NCBI GenBank assembly: GCA_965219205.1 | Contig: CBDCMQ010000003.1 | Location: 256,819 to 320,818, forward strand | Direction of reading: 5' to 3' | Length of the DNA stretch: 64,000 nt | Origin: Dehalococcoidia bacterium | GTDB lineage: Bacteria > Chloroflexota > Dehalococcoidia > DSTF01 > WHTK01 | Shown: positions 10,361-18,961 of the stretch, one piece after another | Numbering within the stretch: position 1 is the first letter of the stretch | Layout: each line of letters opens with the position of its first letter | Made by a program: the position numbers and the translations under genes | Notes under the pieces: generated by a model | Database searches by the model: none | Seen by the model: the letters and a program-made list of their open reading frames with translations, nothing else | Told to the model about the DNA's origin: nothing

Positions 10361-10420
10361 ACGACGCTGCCGACGCTCCTGGGAAGTTGGCGGCTTGCCG
10401 TCTTCATTGTCGGCATTTCA
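10361..10420 (-). repeat. palindromic repeat unit plus module B (partly degenerate)
   Basis: The reverse complement is TGAAATGCCGACAATGAAGACGGCAAGCCGCCAACTTCCCAGGAGCGTCGGCAGCGTCGT. Its first TGA is the stop codon of the UbiA-like gene. Confidence 0.75.
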
Positions 10421-11335
10421 TCGATACGCCGTGAGGACGATCATTGAGGTCACAACCCAGCCTAAAGCAGTCAGAACCAGCGGCACGTCCTTCACTAGAA
10501 CCTCCTCAGGGCTGCCGCCTTCGTTGAGAGTCAACGAAAGGTAGAGGTACCGGAAGATCCCGTAGACCACGAACGGGATCGTCAGCATCATCATGTGGTT
10601 ATCCGGCAAGTTCTCGGCCGTAAAAGTGTAGAGCGCGTAGGCGATCACCGTAGAGGCAGTGACCATCGATGTCATTTGATCGAGGAACGCCGGCGTGTAG
10701 TGCTCCAGAGTTGACCGGTGGCCGGTGGCGTCTTCCTGCAAAAGGTTGACCTCAGCCCGCCGCTTTGTAATCACCAGAAACAGAGCGCCAAGAGCGGTTA
10801 CCACGTAGAGCCAGGGCGATATCGGTACTTCGATGGCGTAGGCGCCGGCAATCGCCCTCATAACGAATCCGGCCGAGATCGCCATTACGTCGAGGATCAC
10901 CTGAAACTTGAGCACAAACGTGTAACTGGCCATCAGGCCGATATAGCCGAGTACAACGGCACCGGTACGCCAATCGATCAAGAACGCAACCGTTATGCCA
11001 ATTGTCGAGGCGATGACCGCCGCACTTACTGCGACCCTTGGCTCCAGTAGGCCAGCAGCGATAGGACGCAGCCTCTTCCGCGGATGCAGCCGGTCGCTGG
11101 CCTGATCCCGGACATCGTTCACCAAGTACTCGGCCCCGGCGACCAGCGAGAAAGCCAGGGCGGTGACTAGCGCTCGAAGGAACAGGTGGTCCCAGGTGGC
11201 TAACGTCTCCGCCTGCCAGTGCTGATTGACCGAGAAGATCAGCGCAATGAAAACGATGCCGTTTTTGCTCCACTGTCGCGGACGCATCGAACTCAAGATG
11301 TAGGGCAATTGGCGGAGGGCGGGTTCTAAAGTCAA
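10418..11335 (-). CDS. UbiA-family prenyltransferase, decaprenyl-phosphate phosphoribosyltransferase-like
   Basis: 305-aa polytopic membrane protein. The N-terminal MRPRQWSKNGIVF and NDVRDQASDRLHPRK motifs are typical of DPPR synthase-type UbiA enzymes. Confidence 0.75.
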   Translation of the reverse strand: MTLEPALRQLPYILSSMRPRQWSKNGIVFIALIFSVNQHWQAETLATWDHLFLRALVTALAFSLVAGAEYLVNDVRDQASDRLHPRKRLRPIAAGLLEPRVAVSAAVIASTIGITVAFLIDWRTGAVVLGYIGLMASYTFVLKFQVILDVMAISAGFVMRAIAGAYAIEVPISPWLYVVTALGALFLVITKRRAEVNLLQEDATGHRSTLEHYTPAFLDQMTSMVTASTVIAYALYTFTAENLPDNHMMMLTIPFVVYGIFRYLYLSLTLNEGGSPEEVLVKDVPLVLTALGWVVTSMIVLTAYR

Positions 11336-11438
11336 TTGTTCCTGCAGTTCGGCCGGCAGTTTAGATCATCGATATTTCAGGTATCGTTCCTGATCATAGT
11401 CGGCGGCTTGGCCCGCGGCAAAGCGCGCCGGCTCAACC

Positions 11439-12884
11439 TCAGACTCGGCTGACCTTACCACTACCGAGCAGTGCGGCCGGGATCAGCGCCACAAAACACA
11501 CGGCGGCCGTTACCAGGAAGGTGTCCTGATAGGCGTTGACTTGGAGCCCCAGCACGATGCCGCTATATCCGGCCTGATCCAGAGGGACCTTAGCGGCCTC
11601 AGCATAAAATCCGCTCAGGCCCTGAGTCGTCAACAGGGCCACGCCAACCAGCGCGCCCAGAAGTCGAACAACCGTCATGAGCGATGCCCACGTCGCCCGC
11701 TCGGCCTCACCGGCCTGGTCGATCACGGCCGCCATTAGCGGCGCGATAGCCAAACCCAGGCCAAAGCCAATCGCAAGCAGAGGCATCGTCATTTGTAAGA
11801 CGCCTGGGTCTTCGCCCCAGGTTGCCATACCCAGATAGCCGATTCCGGCCAAAAACGCCCCGGCGACGGCGGTTTGCGGCCGCCCGAACCAAGATGCGAG
11901 CCAGCCGCCGGTCAAGGCGCCGAGGGCCAGAGCGAGCGTCAACCGAATCAGATTCAGACCTCCGTCCAGGGCCGACCCGCCCAAAACTGTGTTCGTAAAA
12001 AGTGGCACGTTTACCATCGCCACGATTACCGCCGCTCCCAATAGGGCGTTAGCGATGAAGGCCGCCTTCAGCGACCGATTGCCAAACCGGCCCAAATCAA
12101 CCATCGGCGAGCTAGCTCTTCTTTCACGCAGCACGAAAAGACCAAGAAATATCGCCGCGGCTCCCAGCAGCGTTGCAGTTAGGAACCAGGGACGCGGTTC
12201 GATCGGATCGTTGGTAAGACCGACAGCCAGCGCCGCCAGTGACCCGCCCAGAAGGGCCGCTCCCAAGTAATCGATGCTAAGCCACGGTTTTACCCGAGCA
12301 TCTGAAGACAGATTCCAGAGAAGCAGGGCAATCGGCAGGCAGAGCGGCAGATTAATCCAAAAAACACCGCGCCAGCCAAGAAGGCTGCTCACACCACCAC
12401 CCCACAATGGACCAATCAAGGCGCCGGCCTCGGCAGCAGCCGCCATTGCGCCCAGCCAGAGCGGCCATCGTGTTGCCTGCCCCGTCGATGTGACTATGGC
12501 CATCGCAACCGGCACCAAAGCTCCTGCTCCGACGGCCTGCACGGCGCGTGCAACCGACAGCGAGGTTATGTCGCCCGCCAGGGCCACCCAGGCCGAGCCC
12601 GCGCAAAACAGAAGCATGGCTAACGCATAAACCCGGCCATGGCCAAATGAATCGGCAGCTCGACCCATGAGAGGCATCACAACCACGTATCCCAGGATGT
12701 AGCCGTTGATTATCCAGGCAGCGCGGTAAAACTGATCCTGGGCCAAGCCGAGGTCCTCGGTCATCGCCGGCAACAGTGCGACGATCGAAGTCTGGTCGTC
12801 GGCAGCCAAAAACACGCCCAAACCGGCGAGCAAAACAACCCATGGCATGCGACGCGAACCCCGTGTAGTTGCTTCGCTGCTCAC
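11439..12884 (-). CDS. MFS transporter (DHA2-like, ~14 TMS)
   Basis: 481-aa hydrophobic ORF with the MFS motif GRAADSFGHGRV. Its start overlaps the upstream lipoprotein stop (ATGA at 12881..12884). Confidence 0.85.
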   Translation of the reverse strand: MSSEATTRGSRRMPWVVLLAGLGVFLAADDQTSIVALLPAMTEDLGLAQDQFYRAAWIINGYILGYVVVMPLMGRAADSFGHGRVYALAMLLFCAGSAWVALAGDITSLSVARAVQAVGAGALVPVAMAIVTSTGQATRWPLWLGAMAAAAEAGALIGPLWGGGVSSLLGWRGVFWINLPLCLPIALLLWNLSSDARVKPWLSIDYLGAALLGGSLAALAVGLTNDPIEPRPWFLTATLLGAAAIFLGLFVLRERRASSPMVDLGRFGNRSLKAAFIANALLGAAVIVAMVNVPLFTNTVLGGSALDGGLNLIRLTLALALGALTGGWLASWFGRPQTAVAGAFLAGIGYLGMATWGEDPGVLQMTMPLLAIGFGLGLAIAPLMAAVIDQAGEAERATWASLMTVVRLLGALVGVALLTTQGLSGFYAEAAKVPLDQAGYSGIVLGLQVNAYQDTFLVTAAVCFVALIPAALLGSGKVSRV

Positions 12885-13600
12885 TCTGGCGGACTTATTT
12901 CAATTTCCGTGTTGAATTCGGATAGCTCAAGCAGCCGTACGATGTTTTCAGCTTCCCTGGGCGTCAGCCGGCCGCTAATTCGGGCCTGGTGCGGCAGATC
13001 GTCATCGATCCCGACCCAAATTTCGACTTCCACACGCATCCCTGTCTCGGCAAACGGCAAGGCCACTCGAAGTGCACCCGAGTCAACCGTCCCCAACAAT
13101 CGATAGGTCTCCACACTGCCTATCAGCTCCAAACCCAGGAGCTGGACGTCATTCAGCTCCCTGAGCAGAGTCTCGATTAAAGCGGATGGATCGGCAAAGT
13201 CCTTTACCGTGGCCCCAGGAAGATTCTGCCAGCGTCGCGAGAACGGATTGGTCATCCAGGTTTCGTCGCCAATACTGATCACGTCTACTCTGATATTTAT
13301 CGAGCCGGCAAGGGCGTGCAATTCCGCCTTCAGACGCCCCGGGACTTGGATATCACCTTCGGCGCTGAGTAATTTCAAGTTCAGCGGCAAAGGACTACTG
13401 CCGTTTTCGTGATCGAGGCGAAAGTGAAAGGAGCTCAGCTCTTGCGAAGCGGCCGCCGCCCGAGCCAGCAGATCACCGGGCTGTGGTGCAGGGGTCGGCG
13501 AGGCCGGCGGCGATTCGCTGCCGCTGGATGAACCGCCGCAAGCCAACGCGGCCAGCGTGGCCACAACCGCCAAGGAGCAGACTAAGCGTCCCATACCCAA
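12881..13600 (-). CDS. LppX/LprAFG-family-like lipoprotein
   Basis: 239 aa with signal peptide and lipobox (LAALAC-GGSS). Size, composition and translational coupling to an MFS pump resemble mycobacterial lprG-p55. The family call is by resemblance only. Confidence 0.6.
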   Translation of the reverse strand: MGMGRLVCSLAVVATLAALACGGSSSGSESPPASPTPAPQPGDLLARAAAASQELSSFHFRLDHENGSSPLPLNLKLLSAEGDIQVPGRLKAELHALAGSINIRVDVISIGDETWMTNPFSRRWQNLPGATVKDFADPSALIETLLRELNDVQLLGLELIGSVETYRLLGTVDSGALRVALPFAETGMRVEVEIWVGIDDDLPHQARISGRLTPREAENIVRLLELSEFNTEIEISPPE

Positions 13601-13711
13601 ATTATGGGTGAGAAAAGCCGAAAAAACTCTGCCTGAAAAGAATATCTGACCGCATTGTTGGCATTTGGAGTTTCGTTGACTTTACATAGGCCGCTCCTTA
13701 ATCTGGCTAAC

Positions 13712-14479
13712 ATGACGCCAACCAAAGAACGTCCGCCTCGCAGCCGCATCGACACACTTCTAGTCGAGCGCGGCCTTGTGCAAAGCCGCCACAAGGCGCA
13801 CGCCGTCCTTCTGGCCGGTGACATCCGCGTTGACGGTGCCACCGTCACCAAGCCGGCCCTACTTGTCCCGGAGTCCGCGGCAATCGAGGTCGCGCAAGCT
13901 CCGGCTTACGTAAGCCGTGGCGGCGATAAGCTAGAGCATGCCCTAACTACTTTTCAAATCGAGCCGGCCGCCCAAACCTGTCTCGACGCCGGCGCGTCCA
14001 CAGGTGGCTTCACGGACTGCCTGCTGCAGCATGGCGCAAGACGCGTTTACGCGGTGGACGTAGGTTATGGCGTGCTAGATTTTCGCCTGCGCCAGGACGA
14101 GCGGGTGACTACCATCGAGCGGACCAATGTCCGCGACTTGGCACCTCTGCCGGAGCCCTGCGACCTGGCAACCGTGGATGTCTCCTTCATCGGCGTGGAG
14201 AAGGTTCTGCCGGCAATTTGCCGTTCCCTAAGGCCCGAAGCATCACTTTTGGTTCTTGTGAAACCCCAATTCCAAGGCCGGCGCGATGAGGTGAACAAGA
14301 AGGGCGTCGTCAAAGATCCACAGGTCCATGCAGCTGTGATCGGCCGCGTAGTTGCCTGGACCGTGAATCACGGGCTGAGACTCCTTGGCCTCACCGCCTC
14401 ACCACTTCTCGGACCTGAGGGCAACCGTGAATTCTTCCTTCACCTGAAACTGGACACCATCGGTGCGGCAAATGACTGA
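13712..14479 (+). CDS. tlyA: TlyA-family rRNA (cytidine-2'-O)-methyltransferase
   Basis: S4 domain (RIDTLLVERGLVQSRHKAHAVLLAGDIRVDG) plus FtsJ-like SAM fold (DAGASTGGFTDCLL). Start set at ATG 13712. Confidence 0.85.
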   Translation: MTPTKERPPRSRIDTLLVERGLVQSRHKAHAVLLAGDIRVDGATVTKPALLVPESAAIEVAQAPAYVSRGGDKLEHALTTFQIEPAAQTCLDAGASTGGFTDCLLQHGARRVYAVDVGYGVLDFRLRQDERVTTIERTNVRDLAPLPEPCDLATVDVSFIGVEKVLPAICRSLRPEASLLVLVKPQFQGRRDEVNKKGVVKDPQVHAAVIGRVVAWTVNHGLRLLGLTASPLLGPEGNREFFLHLKLDTIGAAND

Positions 14480-15365
14480 ATCAGTGAGGGGTCTACTAAA
14501 ACGCGTTGCCCTGACATTTAATCCCCGATTAGATCCCGCGCGAGAACTGGCGGGGATCCTGCGCGACGAAATTCAAGCGCGCGGCCTGGATTCGTGGATC
14601 GCGGACGAGACGGAAACCGCCGGCGCCTTTGCGGGCAGCGATCTGGTCATCTGTCTGGGTGGCGACGGCAGCGTGCTTCATTGCGCGCGGACCGTGATGG
14701 GGAGCGAAACATTGATTCTTGGAGTTAACCTCGGAAGGCTCGGTTTCCTCACCGAGCTCGATGGTTCTCAGATTCAAGACCACCTCGACGAAATCCTAGC
14801 AGGGGCCGGTCGAGTTGAAGAGCGGACCATGCTACGCGCCGCGGTGCCAAGCACGGGCGATCACCTCCACGGTCTCAACGAGGCTGTCGTCGGCCGGGCA
14901 ACTCTGAGCCGTGCCATTCAGCTCGCTGTCGATGTCGATGGCACCCGAATCGCTGACTACCGTTGTGACGGCGTGATCGTGTCATCGGCGACCGGCAGCA
15001 CCGCCTATGCTCTCTCGGTTGGCGGTCCAATCCTGCATCCTGAATCGACAGACCTGGTCATCGTTCCCGTTGCACCGCATCTTTCGGCCCAACACGCCGT
15101 CGTCTTGCCCGGAAGTGAAAACATCCATCTCACGCTCGAACAGCGTCAGCAGGCCGTCCTCAGCGTCGATGGGCTTTCTGACATCACCTTGAATGAAGGC
15201 GACTCTGTCATGGTTGGCGCCAGCGAGTACAAAGCCCGTTTTCTCCGCCTAAAGCCGAGTACCGATTTTTACCAGCGGATGGCGGCACAGCTTGGTTGGC
15301 ACCGCCCCGGCGGCAAGGCGGCGCCTCTGCCACCAGCGGCATCACCACTGAGTCAGCGTTCATGA
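14463..15365 (+). CDS. nadK: NAD+ kinase
   Basis: 300 aa with GGDGSVLH motif. It overlaps the tlyA end, and tlyA-nadK is a conserved arrangement. Start is GTG 14463 or ATG 14472. Confidence 0.88.
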   Translation: MRQMTESVRGLLKRVALTFNPRLDPARELAGILRDEIQARGLDSWIADETETAGAFAGSDLVICLGGDGSVLHCARTVMGSETLILGVNLGRLGFLTELDGSQIQDHLDEILAGAGRVEERTMLRAAVPSTGDHLHGLNEAVVGRATLSRAIQLAVDVDGTRIADYRCDGVIVSSATGSTAYALSVGGPILHPESTDLVIVPVAPHLSAQHAVVLPGSENIHLTLEQRQQAVLSVDGLSDITLNEGDSVMVGASEYKARFLRLKPSTDFYQRMAAQLGWHRPGGKAAPLPPAASPLSQRS

Positions 15366-15832
15366 ACGAGCACCTCGAAGTTATCAAGGCGGAGATCGGC
15401 GACGCCCGAGAAATCCACGACCTGATTAACCTCTATGCCCAGCGTGGTGACATGCTGCCCCGCACCATGGGGGAGGTTTTTGAGAACATCCGCGACTTTT
15501 TCGTTATGCGTGACGGCGACCAGTTCCTCGGCTGCGTTGCCCTGCACATCGTCGGGTCTGACTTGGCGGAGGTGAAATCGCTATCGGTCACTGAAGAGGT
15601 CCGGTCACGAGGCGTTGGCTCAATGCTGGTTCGGGCGACTATGGAGGAAGCTGGCAAAATCGGCCTGGACCGCGTTTTTGCCCTGAGCTACAAACCAGCC
15701 TTCTTCGAGCGATTGGGCTTCGAACAGGCCGATGTCATGACCCTGCCGCGCAAGGTGTGGAACGAATGCTACCGCTGCCCAAAGTTCCCCAGCTGCAACG
15801 AAATCGCCCTGGTCATTGACCTCAATCCGTGA
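15362..15832 (+). CDS. GNAT-family N-acetyltransferase (ArgA-like C-terminal domain type)
   Basis: MNEHLEVIKAEIGDAREI... with acetyl-CoA motif RSRGVGSMLV. The ATG overlaps the nadK stop (ATGA at 15362..15365). Confidence 0.8.
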   Translation: MNEHLEVIKAEIGDAREIHDLINLYAQRGDMLPRTMGEVFENIRDFFVMRDGDQFLGCVALHIVGSDLAEVKSLSVTEEVRSRGVGSMLVRATMEEAGKIGLDRVFALSYKPAFFERLGFEQADVMTLPRKVWNECYRCPKFPSCNEIALVIDLNP

Positions 15833-15845
15833 GCGAGGTCGGAGG

Positions 15846-15983
15846 TTCCAGGAAGCTAGTGGCGTAGGCACACATTCCTGGTACCCCATACCCGTTCGCA
15901 TCTTTGCCCTGCCGCCCAACGCTGCCGACGCTCCGGTGAAGGCCCACAGCGATCAAGTGAAGCCGCGTTGACGGCATTCCAAA
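15846..15983 (-). repeat. two degenerate palindromic repeat units plus module B
   Basis: The reverse complement contains TTTGGAATGCCGTCAA...TTCACCGGAGCGTCGGCAGCGTTGGG and TACCAGGAATGTGTGCCTACGCCACTAGCTTCCTGG. It fills the GNAT/NUDIX spacer. Confidence 0.7.
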
Positions 15984-15997
15984 TAATGGGAGCTTAA

Positions 15998-16543
15998 ATG
16001 ACATCTCACGAGCAGGAACCACTGCCAACTGTGCTAGCCAGCCAAAAAATATATGAAGGTCGGGTAATCAAGCTTCGTGTCGATGAGCTTCAAATTCCTT
16101 CCGGCCTGAAGATGCGCCGGGAGATCGTCGAGCACCCGGGCGCCGTGGTCATGCTTTCGATCGATTCGGCTGGCCTAATTCACTGGGTGCGTCAATACCG
16201 GCACGCGACTGGTCAGGCGTTGCTCGAGCTGCCGGCCGGCACACTGGAGCTGGGAGAGGACCCGGAGACTTGCGCCCGAAGAGAACTGGCCGAGGAAACC
16301 GGGTTCGCCGCGGCGGCGTGGCGGCCGCTCGGCGGTTTCTTCACGGCGCCCGGCTTCTGCTCCGAATATATTCATGCCTTTGCGGCCAGCAACCTCTCCC
16401 CAGAGGACGCCGACGGCGATGAGGACGAGGATATTGAGGTGGTTCCGCTGTCTTTGGAAGACTCGTTGAGCGCGGTCGATAGCGGCCAGATTATCGATGC
16501 AAAGTCGATCGCGGCACTGCACCTCTATTTGCGCAAGCGCTGA
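15998..16543 (+). CDS. NUDIX hydrolase (ADP-ribose pyrophosphatase-like)
   Basis: 181 aa with Nudix box GTLELGEDPETCARRELAEETG and NudF-like architecture. Confidence 0.8.
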   Translation: MTSHEQEPLPTVLASQKIYEGRVIKLRVDELQIPSGLKMRREIVEHPGAVVMLSIDSAGLIHWVRQYRHATGQALLELPAGTLELGEDPETCARRELAEETGFAAAAWRPLGGFFTAPGFCSEYIHAFAASNLSPEDADGDEDEDIEVVPLSLEDSLSAVDSGQIIDAKSIAALHLYLRKR

Positions 16544-16584
16544 ATTCGAGGCTAAGCGTTCAAGCGCCATATACTAGGAAGCGG

Positions 16585-16658
16585 TGCCGGGTAGTGTAAC
16601 GGTAGCACAGGAACCTTTGGAGTTTCTTGTCCAGGTTCGAATCCTGGCCCGGCAGCCA
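16585..16658 (+). tRNA. tRNA-Gln (anticodon UUG)
   Basis: Hand-folded cloverleaf. Acceptor TGCCGGG/CCCGGCA (U1-A72, typical of tRNA-Gln), D arm GTGT/GCAC, anticodon arm GGAAC-CTTTGGA-GTTTC, T arm CCAGG-TTCGAAT-CCTGG, discriminator G, encoded CCA. Confidence 0.9.
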
Positions 16659-16767
16659 TCGACTTATGGCTGCTCTTTCCAGGTATCAGCCAAGGTCATC
16701 CGAGGAGTCCCCGCCAAGCAGAGCGCGCCGGTGCCCAAGGCATGCACTTTACGGTAATCCAAGAAAA

Positions 16768-16820
16768 ACGCTGCCGGGAAGTTGGCGGCAAGCCGCCCTC
16801 ATTCCCGGTATTTCAAAAAA
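16768..16820 (-). repeat. palindromic repeat unit between the two tRNA genes
   Basis: The reverse complement is TTTTTTGAAATACCGGGAATGAGGGCGGCTTGCCGCCAACTTCCCGGCAGCGTT. Confidence 0.85.
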
Positions 16821-16878
16821 TATGTAAACTAGGCAGCGCTGGCCGTGTCGGCTGGCGCAGAAGAAGCAGTCGAAGCGA

Positions 16879-16953
16879 TCCCCGATAGCTCAATGGTAGA
16901 GCGAGCGGCTGTTAACCGCTAGGTTCGAGGTTCGAGTCCTCGTCGGGGAGCCA
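16879..16953 (+). tRNA. tRNA-Asn (anticodon GUU)
   Basis: Hand-folded cloverleaf. Acceptor TCCCCGA/TCGGGGA, D arm GCTC/GAGC, anticodon arm AGCGG-CTGTTAA-CCGCT, T arm CGAGG-TTCGAGT-CCTCG, discriminator G, encoded CCA. Confidence 0.9.
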
Positions 16954-17091
16954 TAGATTCAAGTACCGCTTTCTTTGCCGTCATCAGCGGAGCAGAAGCG
17001 ATAGAACGGCGACCAAGCTCCGCCTCGCAGTTGTCCGAAACCCAGCCTGGTAGTGTGGCCACCACAGACCTGAGGAAGTTACTTCCTCAGG

Positions 17092-17391
17092 TTGGCCGAG
17101 AGAGTTTCGCCAAAGACAGTTAGAGAAGCACAGCTCGCGGTCAGGCGGTTCTTCAGATTCCTCTTAGCCGAGGAGGAGATAGCCATCGACCCCACCCGAG
17201 ACATGAAACTCATGACCTTTCGGGTCAAACCGCAGGCTACTTACAGCGAGGTCGAGGTCAAGAAACTCGTGCTGGTCTGCGACATGCCTACCCGGGAAAG
17301 TTTACGCGATGCCGCGCCGGTTTCGGTGCTGTTTGATACCGGTGCAAGGGAAGGTGAATTGGTCGCCATGGCGGTACCGGATTTACTTTAG
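17092..17391 (+). pseudogene. tyrosine recombinase/phage integrase remnant (end of core-binding domain plus first catalytic-domain motif only)
   Basis: The 99-aa ORF ...VREAQLAVRRFFRFLLAEEEIAIDPTRD...SLRDAAPVSVLFDTGAREGELVAMAVPDLL* stops right after the box containing the first catalytic Arg (TGAREGEL). There is no His/Arg/Tyr C-terminal part. It lies 138 bp from tRNA-Asn. Confidence 0.6.
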
Positions 17392-17837
17392 CCCAGGGGA
17401 AAGCCTGGCAGGCCGTCGAACGTGACATAGGCGCTCGACACCTCGTCTTGGAAGTTATCGAGAAGAACCGGCATCTCAATCTTGGCTTCAGCGGAGCAAA
17501 CTGTCGCGGCGCAGGCGCGCTCTTCGAGGGAGCGGTGCTGAGGAAGCCAGCGCACGGCCGAGAACCTCTCGTCCTCGACGCGGGGCCCCTCGACGGGCTT
17601 TGTCTCGATGGAGTGAGCCTCTTTGGTGTATATGAAGAAAAACGTCATCCTATCCTTGTAAGTTCCATAAAGTTCGTTGGGGGCAGGCACTTGGCGCATC
17701 ATGAGTTCACAAGAATGAGACCCAATAGCCAATACGACAAATTGGTCCTTCAGGTCGCTTAGACGGATGGTCTGGTTTTCCGCGTTGAGCAGGGGCAACT
17801 CGAAATCTGGTGCCAGCGCACCCTTTGACGGGGCCAT
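17388..17837 (-). CDS. thioredoxin-fold protein (AhpC/TSA- or iodothyronine-deiodinase-like)
   Basis: From ATG 17837: MAPSKGALAPDFELPLLNAENQTIRLSDLKDQFVVLAIGSHSCELMM...FFFIYTKEAHS. This is a redoxin-type layout with a single Cys in a GSxSC context. Confidence 0.55.
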   Translation of the reverse strand: MAPSKGALAPDFELPLLNAENQTIRLSDLKDQFVVLAIGSHSCELMMRQVPAPNELYGTYKDRMTFFFIYTKEAHSIETKPVEGPRVEDERFSAVRWLPQHRSLEERACAATVCSAEAKIEMPVLLDNFQDEVSSAYVTFDGLPGFPLG

Positions 17838-17983
17838 TTCTCTGCGCGTCGACGTCTTTCTCTGTTGCAGCTCGTACTCCTCCAGATTGCTTACCTGGCT
17901 TTTCTTCAGTCTTGGCCGCGGCACTTATTCGCTGGCAACCTAACCATATTGCGTCTTGATCAAGAAAACGATTATGCGACGCG

Positions 17984-18307
17984 CTACTTGGCCAGGCGCG
18001 AGGTTAGATGGTCCTCAGCGCAAACCTTGGCACGATGCCAATCTCCGTTGACTTCGGCGTGTTCGGCCTCATTCAAGAGGCGTTCTATTAATTGAAGTTC
18101 CTCACTGTTCACGATTCTTGGATTATCTCGCTCGCGCTGCAATCTGTCAAAACCAAAATTCTTGTCGCTGGTGATTCTAAACCAGATGATTAGTGCTGAA
18201 TCTAGCAAGACCATCATCCCAATCAGAAGGTTCTGACGAGCCGACCCCATAGAGCGAGTAAAAGATAGAAAAGCATGACAGGCAAAGGAAGCCCAAACCA
18301 GAACCAA
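17984..18307 (-). CDS. hypothetical small membrane protein
   Basis: 107-aa ORF with two hydrophobic segments in a lower-GC patch. No motif recognised. Confidence 0.3.
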   Translation of the reverse strand: MVLVWASFACHAFLSFTRSMGSARQNLLIGMMVLLDSALIIWFRITSDKNFGFDRLQRERDNPRIVNSEELQLIERLLNEAEHAEVNGDWHRAKVCAEDHLTSRLAK

Positions 18308-18604
18308 TTCCCATAAATCCCAGACAGGGTTCGCTTCCGTCTCGTAGTCTTACCCAGTCATGAGTGCCGCGCCGCCACAAGCCAGGGATCTTTGCAACGC
18401 TGCGTGGCGCATTTCGCGCGACCGGAGGTCGAGTACGCGGTCGCAGCCTTGCGTTTGTTTCGCCCGTTATGGAATTGACAAGATCGTTGTCTTCGGCCAG
18501 CGCGGAAAGCCGGACAGGAGCTGGGAAGCGATGGCGGCGGCGATAGGGGTCTGACCACGGAGGAGCGATCCCCATAACTCCTTTTAGGCGCTAGAGGCCC
18601 CAGG

Positions 18605-18859
18605 TCACTTCGTCTTCCCATGCGCAATAACGTCAATCCAAGGAAACTCTCCCAAGACCTGACGGTTCTTGTCGAGAAATAACACTCGGCCGCCTGCCTT
18701 AGATATGGCATACTCCGCCCTAGGGATCTCGACCCGCTTACCGCTGGCAAGACGGATGAACATCCCGGGGTTCTGGCGCCGTACCTGTTTCTGACTGACG
18801 TTTTGAGGCCGTTCTTCTCCAGAGGAGGCACGGCGGAGCAGCTTGCGCCACAGTCTCAA
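18605..18859 (-). CDS. hypothetical protein
   Basis: 84-aa basic ORF supported only by ORF length. Confidence 0.25.
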   Translation of the reverse strand: MRLWRKLLRRASSGEERPQNVSQKQVRRQNPGMFIRLASGKRVEIPRAEYAISKAGGRVLFLDKNRQVLGEFPWIDVIAHGKTK

Positions 18860-18961
18860 TCAGGACTCATCTCTGCCAGCAGCCCGGCTAAGTATCAGCC
18901 ACCTCGGCTGACAGGTGACTCATGCGAGCGTAATCTAGGATAAGCCAAAGGAGAAGCATGC

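Noticed and set aside
11336-11438. Degenerate repeat unit in the UbiA/MFS spacer (GCCGGCAGTTTAGATCATCGATATTTCAGG...GGCGGCTTGGCCCGCGGC)
   Set aside because: Only short word matches to the family (GCCGGCAGTT, GGCGGCTTG) are present, without the head-stem-hairpin order. That is insufficient support.
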